A stretch of DNA of 35,374 bases from Candidatus Scalinduaceae bacterium (GCA_046759445.1 JBHICG010000031.1:1-35374); one strand, 5' to 3'; shown: positions 1 to 9,050, counted from the stretch's first letter. Program-made: numbers and translations. The notes: a model not told the origin generated them from the sequence alone.

Positions 1-2
1 TA

Positions 3-428
3 CCCATAATCAAGTATGCTTATGAAAGAGAATTAGGTACTGCAGATATAAAAAACATTAACGTGGTGGGTGAGAAAATAAGCAAAGTTTCAGTCCACGA
101 TTTCAAGAAACCTTCCAGCTCTGCACAAGATTTTGCATCTAAATACATTCCTAACTTCATCCTAGCAAAGATGTTTGATAATAGTTGTACCTCTGTTTCT
201 TCCGTATACGAGCCGAATTGTACTAGATGCTATGAATGTATCAAAAATTGCCCTGCAAAAGCAATGTCCGCTCCTGATGGCATGGTAATAGTGGATGAGG
301 ATAAGTGTATAGGCTGTTTTTGCTGTGATGAGGTTTGTAACTACAAGGCAATAGTGATGAAACGTTCGTTTATGGGTAGAACCTTTTTAAAGATGGCTCA
401 GTTTCTGGGTGTAGAAAGGGTGCAGTAG
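3..428 (+). CDS. 3' part of a 2[4Fe-4S] ferredoxin-domain protein (probably DUF362 + Fer4); 5'-truncated by the window edge
   Basis: The frame is open from base 3 (PIIKYAYERELGTADIKNINVVGE...). It carries two CxxCxxCxxxC motifs, CTRCYECIKNCP and CIGCFCCDEVC. The 'ELGxxD...I.VVG' segment resembles the end of DUF362. Confidence 0.75.
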   Translation, partial: PIIKYAYERELGTADIKNINVVGEKISKVSVHDFKKPSSSAQDFASKYIPNFILAKMFDNSCTSVSSVYEPNCTRCYECIKNCPAKAMSAPDGMVIVDEDKCIGCFCCDEVCNYKAIVMKRSFMGRTFLKMAQFLGVERVQ

Positions 429-664
429 AAATGTATTACAAATGACCTATAGACTTCAGATATAGTAGAACTTAACTACCCTTCGCTAATAAAAAACAAA
501 CCATTATACGGTTAAATGGTTTCGTAGCTTAAGCTATTTTTCATCTTGCGTCTTCCGTACTATTTTAATATCATCATAAACGTTAGTCGTTTCCAGTTAC
601 ACGACCATTTAACAGCCTTCGTTTATTTATATTAAGTTTTCAAAAATCTTGAGACATTAAAACA

Positions 665-963
665 GTGGATACAATTTCAAACATAATAAAAATGGTAAGA
701 GGAACCCCTTTCTCTGACATAAAGATGATAAAATGGGTTACTAGGTTACTATCTTTTCAGATCGATGGCCGACTTAATAATGGTTATAGTTTTTTGCCAT
801 ATATAATACACATAAAAATAGAAAGAACTGATTTGTTGGATTGTTACAAATGGAACACTACTTGATAAATACGCAAGTGAAATTGTCGAAATTGGAGTAG
901 ACGTTCTATACATCTCGCTCGATGGACCAGACAGAAGATATTCACAATAATCATCGTAAATAA
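665..963 (+). pseudogene. Decayed radical SAM enzyme fragment
   Basis: 822-929 translates as KELICWIVTNGTLLDKYASEIVEIGVDVLYISLDGP. Removing a CAGA duplication (928-935) restores EDIHNNHR. TNGxLL...ISLDGPxxxH is typical of the radical SAM barrel. There is an upstream in-frame TAG at 819, and no CxxxCxxC motif is seen. Confidence 0.7.
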
Positions 964-1024
964 CATTTGAGCGATTTAATCTATCATCCCAAGCTTAATT
1001 CTCGAAACTGAAGAATATTTTATA

Positions 1025-2380
1025 ATGAAGTGGTATAAAATATTTACACCTGAATTAAAAGAACTCATTGAAAGCAAAAATTTTAAGGGGTTAAGCCATA
1101 TCTTGAGAGAGCTTCACCCGGCAGATATTGTAGATATTATAAGAGAGCTGGAACCCACGGAAAGCGTGATAGCCTTCCGTGTACTGGACAAGACAAAAAT
1201 TGCAGAAGTTTTTTCCCTTCTTCATCCTGAGGAAGAAGAAGATTTGCTCAAATATTTTACTGAATATAGGGTGAAAGAAATTTTATTGGAGATGAGCCCT
1301 GATGACAGGACACAACTCCTTGACGAGCTTCCAGCTTCAGTTGTGAAAAAGTATCTAAGGTTATTGCCAAAGGAAGAGAGAGATGAAGCAAATATACTGC
1401 TAAATTACCCACCGCAATCGGCTGGAAGGGTAATGACTACTGAATATGTGGATCTGAAAACAGAAATGTTAATTTCAGAAGCGCTCGAACATATAAGAAG
1501 GACGGGGCCTGACAGAGAAACCATATATACGTGTTATGCGATTAATGAAAAGAGGATTCTATGTGGTGTGGTTTCGCTTAAAGACATTATCCTGGCAAAA
1601 CCTGATCAGAAAGTAAGCCAGATAATGAACGAAAAAATCTTAAAGGTAAATACAACTGATGATCAAGAAGAAGTGGCCAGGGCTATTCAAAAATATGATT
1701 TCCTGTCTTTACCTGTAGTGGATAGTGAGAATCGTCTGGTAGGTATTGTTACGGTTGATGACATCCTTGATATAGTACAGGAAGAGGCAACAGAGGATTT
1801 TCACAAAATGGCCGCAATGCAATTGCCGGAGGAACAGTATTTCCGTGCAGGGTTTTTTAAACATGTGTCTGGAAGAGTTGTGTGGTTATTTGTCTTGATC
1901 CTTGCAGCTACTGTTTCAGGAAAAATTCTTCAGAAATATTCACTCGCACTTAGTTCTATAATAGCGCTCGCATATTTTATACCGATGTTAATGGGCGCTG
2001 GTGGTAATATTGGTTCGCAATCATCTACTCTGGTAATTAGAGCCCTGGCAACTGGAGAATTAACGCTTAAGCAATGGTGGAAAGTGCTCTTGAGAGAAGC
2101 TGGTGCTGGTGTCGTCATAGGTATCACTCTTGGATTTACCGCGTTCGCTATAGCTATGATTTTCCTTGGAGATAAAATGATGGGAATCACAGTGGGTGTA
2201 TCTGTTACCATAGTAGTTCTTGTAGGGAATATGGCTGGGGCAATCACACCTTTAGTATTCCGCTATTTAAGACTGGATCCGGCAATTGTTTCTGCGCCGC
2301 TTATCACTACAATAATTGACGTGACTGGAATTATCATTTACTTTGAAATAGCGAGAAGGATATTGAGTATATCTGACTGA
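1025..2380 (+). CDS. mgtE: Magnesium transporter MgtE
   Basis: MgtE_N helical domain (HPADIVD, MSPDDR), a CBS pair (SAGRVMTTEY, LPVVD..RLVGIVTVDD), and a TM region with GNIGSQ and PLITTIID. Confidence 0.96.
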   Translation: MKWYKIFTPELKELIESKNFKGLSHILRELHPADIVDIIRELEPTESVIAFRVLDKTKIAEVFSLLHPEEEEDLLKYFTEYRVKEILLEMSPDDRTQLLDELPASVVKKYLRLLPKEERDEANILLNYPPQSAGRVMTTEYVDLKTEMLISEALEHIRRTGPDRETIYTCYAINEKRILCGVVSLKDIILAKPDQKVSQIMNEKILKVNTTDDQEEVARAIQKYDFLSLPVVDSENRLVGIVTVDDILDIVQEEATEDFHKMAAMQLPEEQYFRAGFFKHVSGRVVWLFVLILAATVSGKILQKYSLALSSIIALAYFIPMLMGAGGNIGSQSSTLVIRALATGELTLKQWWKVLLREAGAGVVIGITLGFTAFAIAMIFLGDKMMGITVGVSVTIVVLVGNMAGAITPLVFRYLRLDPAIVSAPLITTIIDVTGIIIYFEIARRILSISD

Positions 2381-2432
2381 GCAAGTTATTCAGTATGCAA
2401 ATTAGTGAACATTATCTGCCAATTCATGTCAA

Positions 2433-2508
2433 CGGGGCGTAGCTCAGCTTGGTTTAGAGTGCGGCGTTCGGGACGCCGAGGTCGGCCGTTCGAATCGGCT
2501 CGCCCCGA
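2433..2508 (+). tRNA. tRNA-Pro (anticodon CGG)
   Basis: Acceptor stem CGGGGCG/CGCCCCG, D arm GCTC/GAGT, anticodon stem CGGCG/CGCCG with loop TTCGGGA (CGG at 2469-2471), T arm GGCCG-TTCGAAT-CGGCT. Discriminator A2508 is followed by TCA, so CCA is not encoded. Confidence 0.97.
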
Positions 2509-2825
2509 TCAAAAATTACAGATTATCTTTCAACGATTAAGATTTTTTTCCACCCGGCTAACCTTTCTATCGGACAGAGATGTTCAGACAAAGAAGTAAT
2601 GGAGCCTCAAGTTGTTGCTAAATGATAACTTATAAACCAGATACAAAGTTATTAAAAAGGATTATTGTCTTGATTCAAGTACAATTTTTTAGATTTTAAA
2701 TAGGTAGAAAATTCAGTACGATAATTAAAGCGTAAATATACATATTAACTAATATTCTGTCATTCACAATAATACCATATATGTAATTAATATTTAAGTA
2801 TTATACAAAATATTGTGTTTTTGTC

Positions 2826-2853
2826 TTGACATTTTAATTTAATTTGTTAGATT
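2826..2853 (+). promoter_or_regulatory. Putative sigma70 promoter upstream of the glutaredoxin-like gene
   Basis: TTGACA (2826-2831), a 16-bp spacer, then TGn-TAGATT (2845-2853). The context is very AT-rich, so a chance match is possible. Confidence 0.35.
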
Positions 2854-3155
2854 TATTTGCACTTAAACACTAATGTACAAGTTCATGTTGTCATTGTTAA
2901 AAAACTCATCTAAAAAACATTTTTTTTGCTTCATCCTTAGGTATTCTGCAGAATTGTAAAATAAGGGATTATTACATTAATAGTCCTCACATTCAGCTTA
3001 GATACTCGTATAAAAGAGTACTAGCAAAAATAGCGGTAAAGAAGATACCGATAAGAAAACTATGGATGTGCTATAAAGAATTGTAGTAGAAGTTAAGAAA
3101 GATCTAAAAAAGTATGATATATTGATGGCATTTTTAAATAGGAGGTTGAGGTATT

Positions 3156-3356
3156 ATGAAGTATGTCTATACGGCGCCAGAATGCCCAAAGTGCGAAACG
3201 TTGAAGGGTAAATATAAAACTCAAGGTGTGAAATATATTGAGAGGGATGCGGAGAGACTCCAAAAACCCGCAGAAGATAGGGACGATATTGATATCGAAG
3301 CATTTGTACAGCTATCAATGCAAAACATGGTTTTGCCTGTAGAAATAGACAAATAA
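3156..3356 (+). CDS. Very small glutaredoxin/NrdH-like redox protein
   Basis: YVYTAPECPKC (CxxC after the first beta strand), GVKYIERD, and a cis-Pro-like VLPV. SD AGGAGG lies at 3140-3145. Confidence 0.75.
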   Translation: MKYVYTAPECPKCETLKGKYKTQGVKYIERDAERLQKPAEDRDDIDIEAFVQLSMQNMVLPVEIDK

Positions 3357-3426
3357 AGGAAGATTTACTCTTTATTGGTTAAAATGCTGTTCTTGTTTTA
3401 TCCAGGAATCGCTAAGCAACAAATAG

Positions 3427-4482
3427 TTATATTACTAGCATACAGTCCCCATAGCTATAAAACCTATAGCCTAGGCTTATGGCGGTTTCATAAGCCTCAA
3501 GGATGTTCTCCCTTCCTGCAAAAGCTGATACGAGTAAAATTAATGATGTCTTCTGCAAATGAAAGTTCGTTATTAATGAATCAGTAAGCATAAAATTATA
3601 TGGTGGATATATAAACAGATCGGTCCACCCTGAGTTTTCTTTTATCTTACCATTTCTTGCTATAGTTTCGAGTACTCTACACGCTGTTGTTCCTGTTGCG
3701 ATGATTTTCTTGCCAAGTAACTTTGCCTTATTAATTTTATCTATTGTCTCTTTAGAGATAGTGTAAAATTCCTTGTGCATAGTGTGTTTTGTAAAGTTTT
3801 CTTCCTTAATACTCTTAAATGTTCCTAATCCAACATGTAAGGTTAAGTAAACTATTTTTATGCCTTTTTTGTTTATTTTCTCTAAAAGAGTTTCCGTAAA
3901 GTGAAGTCCGGCAGTGGGAGCGGCAATGGCTCCCGTTTTTTTTGCATAAATTGTTTGGTAACATTTCTCGTCCATCTTTCTTAATGGCTCATCCTCAGAA
4001 TTTCTCTTTATGTATGGTGGTAGAGGCATTCTGCCAGAGTTTTCTAAAAACTCTATAAATTTTTTTGCGTCTTTAAACTTAATTACCCAGCTTCCTGTCT
4101 TATTTTTACATACGATTTCCCCTTTCAAAGTTTTGTCATCAAAAAACAGGGGTTCGTTTTCCATTAATTTATTATTGGATCTTAGAAGCATTTCCCATAC
4201 TCCGTCATTTATCTCTTTTATGACAAGAGCTTCTACTTTACCACCAGTTATCCTATAACCTGATATCTTTGCATGAATGACTTTTGTGTCATTCAGTACT
4301 AAGACATCTCCACTATTAAAGTATTCAATAATTTCGAAAAACCTTTTATGTTCAATTCTCGAACTTTTCCTATGAAGAACAAGCAAACGAGATTCATCTC
4401 TTTTAGCCTTTGGATGCTGTGCAATAAGCTTCCTGGGTAAAGTATAATCGTAGTCTGTAATTTTAAATGAACGCAAACTCAT
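3427..4482 (-). CDS. queA: S-adenosylmethionine:tRNA ribosyltransferase-isomerase
   Basis: Motifs DYTLP..LIAQHP, VLNDTKV, PLPPYI, AAPTAGLHF, TLHVGLGTF, ITNFH and YRFYSYGDCM. Confidence 0.97.
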   Translation of the reverse strand: MSLRSFKITDYDYTLPRKLIAQHPKAKRDESRLLVLHRKSSRIEHKRFFEIIEYFNSGDVLVLNDTKVIHAKISGYRITGGKVEALVIKEINDGVWEMLLRSNNKLMENEPLFFDDKTLKGEIVCKNKTGSWVIKFKDAKKFIEFLENSGRMPLPPYIKRNSEDEPLRKMDEKCYQTIYAKKTGAIAAPTAGLHFTETLLEKINKKGIKIVYLTLHVGLGTFKSIKEENFTKHTMHKEFYTISKETIDKINKAKLLGKKIIATGTTACRVLETIARNGKIKENSGWTDLFIYPPYNFMLTDSLITNFHLQKTSLILLVSAFAGRENILEAYETAISLGYRFYSYGDCMLVI

Positions 4483-4733
4483 AATTTCTATCTGAACGTA
4501 TATCCCTACTCCCTTTAATTAAAAGGGGATAGAGAGTGATTATATTTTCACGATACTTTTTGCCAAATTATCAGCATTATTTTTCATTAAAAATGTGAGA
4601 TCAGGATAAAAAATTTTTTTAATTTTTTTTGCGAGTAGCAATACAACATGTTGTTATTTTTCTTTTACAATTAATAGATATAGCAAACTAAAAATAATTT
4701 CAAGATTAATTGCAAAAAAAATTTAAAAATATC

Positions 4734-4800
4734 TTGACAAAGGGAAAAATTGGTGTATTGTCTCATGAAATTGGTGAATATTGGGTAAAAATGGGGGATA
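4734..4800 (+). promoter_or_regulatory. dcw (mra) promoter with MraZ-box-like repeats
   Basis: TTGACA 4734-4739, a 16-bp spacer, then TATTGT 4756-4761. TGG cores at 4772, 4782 and 4792 (exact 10-bp period) lie just before the mraZ ATG. Confidence 0.65.
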
Positions 4801-4805
4801 AAACC

Positions 4806-5315
4806 ATGTTCACGGGAAAATACCAGCACATAATCGATGATAATAACAGGCTCGCCATCCCTTCTCCTCTACGTAAGTGTATAGATGAAAAAATAGAGGG
4901 GAAAGGCTTTTATATAACACCCGGTTTGGACAAGTGTCTTGCCGTATATCCACCTCGTCAATTTAACGAGTTAACAAGAAAACTTGGACAGCTTATGTTC
5001 ACTAATCAAAAGGCGCGAAATTTTCAGCGCCTTTTTTTTTCGAAGTCAAGTGGTCTTGTAACCTGTGACAAACAAGGAAGAATTATCATACCTCAAATAC
5101 TTAAAGAGCATGCGGGTTTAGAGAAGGAAGTCGCTATTATTGGTGTAATGAATAAAATTGAGATGTGGGACCTTAAATGTTGGAATGAATTTGAAACGGA
5201 TCATGAACGAAGTTTTGAAGAAGAAGCAGAAGATCTTTTCAAATTGGGTTTTGCTCTAAATCCGGGACAAAATCCACCGATTCCGTATAATCCTAATAAT
5301 CCTACAGATGTGTAA
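4806..5315 (+). CDS. mraZ: Transcriptional regulator MraZ (start re-assigned from TTG 4710 to ATG 4806)
   Basis: MFTGKYQHIIDDNNRLAIP and DKQGRIIIP (two DxxxR AbrB-like repeats), plus KIEMW. It is the first gene of the dcw cluster. Confidence 0.95.
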   Translation: MFTGKYQHIIDDNNRLAIPSPLRKCIDEKIEGKGFYITPGLDKCLAVYPPRQFNELTRKLGQLMFTNQKARNFQRLFFSKSSGLVTCDKQGRIIIPQILKEHAGLEKEVAIIGVMNKIEMWDLKCWNEFETDHERSFEEEAEDLFKLGFALNPGQNPPIPYNPNNPTDV

Positions 5316-5327
5316 AAATTTTTATTA

Positions 5328-6248
5328 ATGGTTTATTTTGACGATGAACAATTACCACATATGCCTGTTATGCTTGATGAGGTTATAAATTTTATCAAGC
5401 CTTGTAAAGGTGATGTCATTGTTGACGCAACAGTTGGTGCGGGAGGACATAGCTGTGAGATACTAAAAAGAATAAGACCTGGTGGTTTACTGATAGGAAT
5501 AGATAAGGATGAAGAGATATTAAAAATAGCAAGAAATTATTTATTGAAAATAAGTAAATCCTTTAAATTGTTTCACGCCAACTATATAGATTTAAGGTGC
5601 ATATTGAGTGAATTAAAAATAAATAAGGTTAATGGCATCCTTCTTGACTTAGGAGTCTCGTCATTTCAATTAGATTCACCAGAGCGCGGTTTTAGTTTAA
5701 ACAAGGAAGGTCCTTTGGATATGAGGATGGATAGGTCACAGGGTATTACGGCTAAAGACCTATTAAGGAGACTGACAGAAAAAGAAATGAGAGAAATTTT
5801 TTGGAGGTATGGTGAAGAAAAAAGATCTAAGAGTATTGCCAGGGCAATATTACGTGAAAGGAAAAAAGGGGAAGGTATAAAAACAACGACCCAAATGGCA
5901 AGAATTATCGAAAAGGCCGTATTCACATCAAAAAAGCGTCCGAAAAGAAGGAAAATCCATCCTGCTACTCTAGTATTTCAGGCCTTGCGTATAGTCATAA
6001 ACGATGAGTTAAAAAACCTAGAGTCTTTCTTAAGTAATGCACATGAGTTTCTTTTACGGGGTTCAAGGATTGTTGTAATATCATTTCATTCGCTTGAGGA
6101 TCGTTTAGTCAAGAATGCCTTTCGTAAAGGCAAAAACACATCCATTCTAAAGATATTAACACGTAAACCGTTAAGACCCATTAAATCAGAAATAAGGGCA
6201 AACGTCAGATCTAGAAGCGCTAAACTCCGAGCAGCAGAAAGGTTATAA
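5328..6248 (+). CDS. rsmH: 16S rRNA m4C1402 methyltransferase RsmH (MraW)
   Basis: Motifs HMPVML, DATVGAGGHS, DLGVSSFQLD, PLDMRMD, SFHSLEDR and RSRSAKLR. Confidence 0.97.
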   Translation: MVYFDDEQLPHMPVMLDEVINFIKPCKGDVIVDATVGAGGHSCEILKRIRPGGLLIGIDKDEEILKIARNYLLKISKSFKLFHANYIDLRCILSELKINKVNGILLDLGVSSFQLDSPERGFSLNKEGPLDMRMDRSQGITAKDLLRRLTEKEMREIFWRYGEEKRSKSIARAILRERKKGEGIKTTTQMARIIEKAVFTSKKRPKRRKIHPATLVFQALRIVINDELKNLESFLSNAHEFLLRGSRIVVISFHSLEDRLVKNAFRKGKNTSILKILTRKPLRPIKSEIRANVRSRSAKLRAAERL

Positions 6249-6251
6249 ATT

Positions 6252-6575
6252 ATGAAAGTGTGTAGATATATTTGTATACTCTTAATTATTTTAATCATGA
6301 CGATATTTACTATTTCTGAAAGTTCCAGAATTATAAGAATTGGGTATAAGATTGCAAGAATGGAAGAAGAATTAAAAAAGCTACCAGAGGAAAGCAGAAA
6401 ATTAATATACAAAACGGACAAATTGAAGACTCTCAATAAGATATCTTTAAGGGTAAAAGATATGAAACTAAAACTGATTATTCTAGATAACTCAAATGGT
6501 GATGATGATATTGCTCTTGTGAAAACTCCTCAAAAACATCTTAAAAGAAATCAACATGGAAAGATTGAAGCGTAG
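6252..6575 (+). CDS. ftsL: FtsL-like bitopic coiled-coil cell division protein
   Basis: An N-terminal hydrophobic helix (ICILLIILIMTIFTI) is followed by a heptad-rich segment. It sits in the canonical position right after rsmH. Confidence 0.7.
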   Translation: MKVCRYICILLIILIMTIFTISESSRIIRIGYKIARMEEELKKLPEESRKLIYKTDKLKTLNKISLRVKDMKLKLIILDNSNGDDDIALVKTPQKHLKRNQHGKIEA

Positions 6576-6711
6576 GAGAGATTACGTCTGATTTTTTGGT
6601 TATTTGGTGGCAGTTTGAAATCTTGGAAGGTGATTGAAAAAGGATCTGAATAAATTAAACACCTAGAGAAACATATTAAAGAATACAGAAAATCTTAAGA
6701 TAGTTAAAGTT

Positions 6712-7242
6712 ATGATTAATCGTTTTGCATCTGATTCTAAACTTTATGTGACAAAAAAATCGAGTTATGAGTTGCTGGATTTAAATGATCTAATAAGATC
6801 ATCGATAAAATTTATTGAACACATGGAGAGCCTTGAGCGTATATCTTTGCAGAAAAAGTTAACACCAAAATTACCTGAGGTGCGAGCCAATGCTGGTGAT
6901 ATTTCCCTTGTAATTGTAAATCTTTTGACTAACTCATTAGACAGTATGCCTGATGGTGGAAAATTATTAATTAAATCACAGTTCTGTAAAGAACATGAAT
7001 CCTGTGTGCAGTTATCTATATCAGATACAGGATGCGGAATTAAAGAAGACGAAATGGATAAAATCTATAGTCCCTTTTTTACAACAAAAGACAAGTTGAA
7101 AGGTATGGGCCTGGGGCTTGCTATAAGCAAAAGGATTATAGAAGACCATGACGGAAAAATTAAGGTAGTGAGTTCATTAGGGGAAGGAGCAACCTTTATT
7201 GTATGTTTTCCTGCTGCAGATAAAGGATTACCAAATAATTAA
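6712..7242 (+). CDS. Stand-alone histidine-kinase ATPase (HATPase_c) domain protein with no H-box
   Basis: N box NLLTNSLDSM, G1 DTGCGI, F PFFTTK and G2 GMGLGL are present. There is no HExxxPL motif, and an in-frame TAG at 6664 blocks upstream extension. Confidence 0.85.
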   Translation: MINRFASDSKLYVTKKSSYELLDLNDLIRSSIKFIEHMESLERISLQKKLTPKLPEVRANAGDISLVIVNLLTNSLDSMPDGGKLLIKSQFCKEHESCVQLSISDTGCGIKEDEMDKIYSPFFTTKDKLKGMGLGLAISKRIIEDHDGKIKVVSSLGEGATFIVCFPAADKGLPNN

Positions 7243-7287
7243 AAGACTCTTGGTCAGATGGAATCATCTTAATGATAGAACAAGAAA

Positions 7288-9024
7288 ATGCTGAATAGAA
7301 AAAAAATTCCAATATATTATAGGATCAAGGTAAACATCTTGTTTGTTGGCATCTTTGTAATCTTCTTTGCATTACTGTATCAGCTAATTCGTATTCAGAT
7401 TCTTGATCACAAAAAATATTCCAAATTGGCATTATCACAGCAATATAAAAAATTAGAAATTCCAACAAGAAGAGGGCTCATCTTCGATAGAAATGGGGTA
7501 AAACTGGCAGAATCAATTCAAGTAAATTCTGTCTTTGCAGACCCTTTGTTAGTAAGAGATAAGGAAAGGATAGCGCAAACAATAGCAAACGTGTTGCATT
7601 TAAATACTGGAAAAGTTCTAAATTTATTAAACAAACAAAATAGATTTGTATGGATAAAAAGGAAGATAACAGACAAGCAAGCAAAAGCGATAAAACGTCT
7701 TATGCTTCAAGGCATAGGGCTCAGGGATGAATACATTAGGGTTTATCCTCATGGAAATCTGTGTTCCCACGTAATAGGTTTTACTGATGTAGATGAGAAC
7801 GGTTTAGGAGGTATCGAATATTCTCTCAACCAAGTTCTTTCTGGGAGTAAGGGGTATAAGGTAGTCGAGACAGATGGACTTCAACGACAATTTTCCACAA
7901 TAAATGGCGAGACTGTTTCCGCTAGATATGGAGACAGTGTTGTTTTAACCATTGATGGTGAAATTCAATCAATAGTTGAAAGTGAGCTTAAAGACTCATG
8001 TTTGAAGTGGGAACCAGATTCAGCTACTGCAATTGTAATGGCCCCTTCAACAGGAGAGGTATTAGCAATGGCTAACTATCCTACGTTTAATCCAAACTTT
8101 GTGCAGGATTCTAAACAGAAGGAGAGGCGTAATAAAGCAATTACGGATTGTTTTGAACCAGGCTCATCGATTAAGCCCTTAATCGTATGTGTTGCGCTGG
8201 ATAGCGGTTATATAAAAGAAGACGATATGTTTTTCTGCCATAACGGAACTTACAGAGTTAGAAAAAGGGTAATTAGGGATATCCATCCATACGATTATCT
8301 AACTATACCGGAAATAATAATTAATTCTAGCAATATCGGAATGGCACAAATAGGAATGCTTATGGAAAGAAGAGGATTATACAGTCATTTGAGGAATTTC
8401 TCTTTTGGTGAAAAAACAGGAATAAGACTACCGGGTGAAGCCAAGGGAATAATAAGATCCTTAAACCTATGGTCGGCTGATTCATTAATTTCTGTTTCTT
8501 TTGGTTATGAGATTGCAACGACACCAATACAATTAATAACAGCTTTTTGCTCGATTGCTAACGGTGGAATGTTACTGAAGCCACAAATTATTTCTGCAAT
8601 AACTGACTTCTCAGGTAAAAGGAAAAGAAAAAAAAACAAAGTTCCTGAACGAATTAGACGTGTGATCTCTCCAGAAATAGCGAGGGAAGTAATGACTCCC
8701 ATATTGGAGAACGTTGTAGAAGAAGGTACGGGTAGAAATGCTATGCTTTTTGAGTATAGCGTTGCAGGAAAAACTGGCACAACTAAAAAATTACAAAGGG
8801 TTGGTAATAAAATTAAATATTCCAGTAGTAAATATATTAGCTCATTTATTGGTTATGCTCCAGCAAATGATCCAAGGATTTGTGTCCTTGTAATATTGAA
8901 TGAACCAAAAAATGGTGCTTATTATGGAGGTACCGTAGCTGCACCTATAGTGAGAGAAATCATAAAAAAGGTGTTTTATTATTTGAAGATTGAACCACAA
9001 TATATCCGAACTGCTCAAAGATAA
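7288..9024 (+). CDS. ftsI: Class B penicillin-binding protein (FtsI/PBP3-like transpeptidase)
   Basis: N-terminal TM anchor, RGLIFDRNG, RVYPHG and GGIE, with catalytic motifs EPGSSIKP (SxxK), SSN and KTGT. Confidence 0.93.
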   Translation: MLNRKKIPIYYRIKVNILFVGIFVIFFALLYQLIRIQILDHKKYSKLALSQQYKKLEIPTRRGLIFDRNGVKLAESIQVNSVFADPLLVRDKERIAQTIANVLHLNTGKVLNLLNKQNRFVWIKRKITDKQAKAIKRLMLQGIGLRDEYIRVYPHGNLCSHVIGFTDVDENGLGGIEYSLNQVLSGSKGYKVVETDGLQRQFSTINGETVSARYGDSVVLTIDGEIQSIVESELKDSCLKWEPDSATAIVMAPSTGEVLAMANYPTFNPNFVQDSKQKERRNKAITDCFEPGSSIKPLIVCVALDSGYIKEDDMFFCHNGTYRVRKRVIRDIHPYDYLTIPEIIINSSNIGMAQIGMLMERRGLYSHLRNFSFGEKTGIRLPGEAKGIIRSLNLWSADSLISVSFGYEIATTPIQLITAFCSIANGGMLLKPQIISAITDFSGKRKRKKNKVPERIRRVISPEIAREVMTPILENVVEEGTGRNAMLFEYSVAGKTGTTKKLQRVGNKIKYSSSKYISSFIGYAPANDPRICVLVILNEPKNGAYYGGTVAAPIVREIIKKVFYYLKIEPQYIRTAQR

Positions 9025-9050
9025 TTTTGTGGGAATTGTTTTTTTGTGAA

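Noticed and set aside
429..1024. M-box or other Mg2+ riboswitch upstream of mgtE
   Set aside because: No recognisable M-box features; most of the interval is explained by the radical-SAM relic.
2405..2599. 64-aa ORF
   Set aside because: It overlaps tRNA-Pro and is a shadow ORF.
2510..3150. oriC or a tRNA-anchored integrated element in the AT-rich gap
   Set aside because: I found no cluster of TTATCCACA-type DnaA boxes, no integrase, and no repeat of the tRNA 3' end in the window.
4710..4805. N-terminal extension of MraZ from TTG 4710
   Set aside because: It covers the promoter and operator repeats; the family start MFxG is at 4806.
6664..6666. Amber read-through (pyrrolysine) extending the HATPase ORF from TTG 6634
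   Set aside because: The extension contains no H-box, SD spacing is poor, and no pyl machinery is in view.
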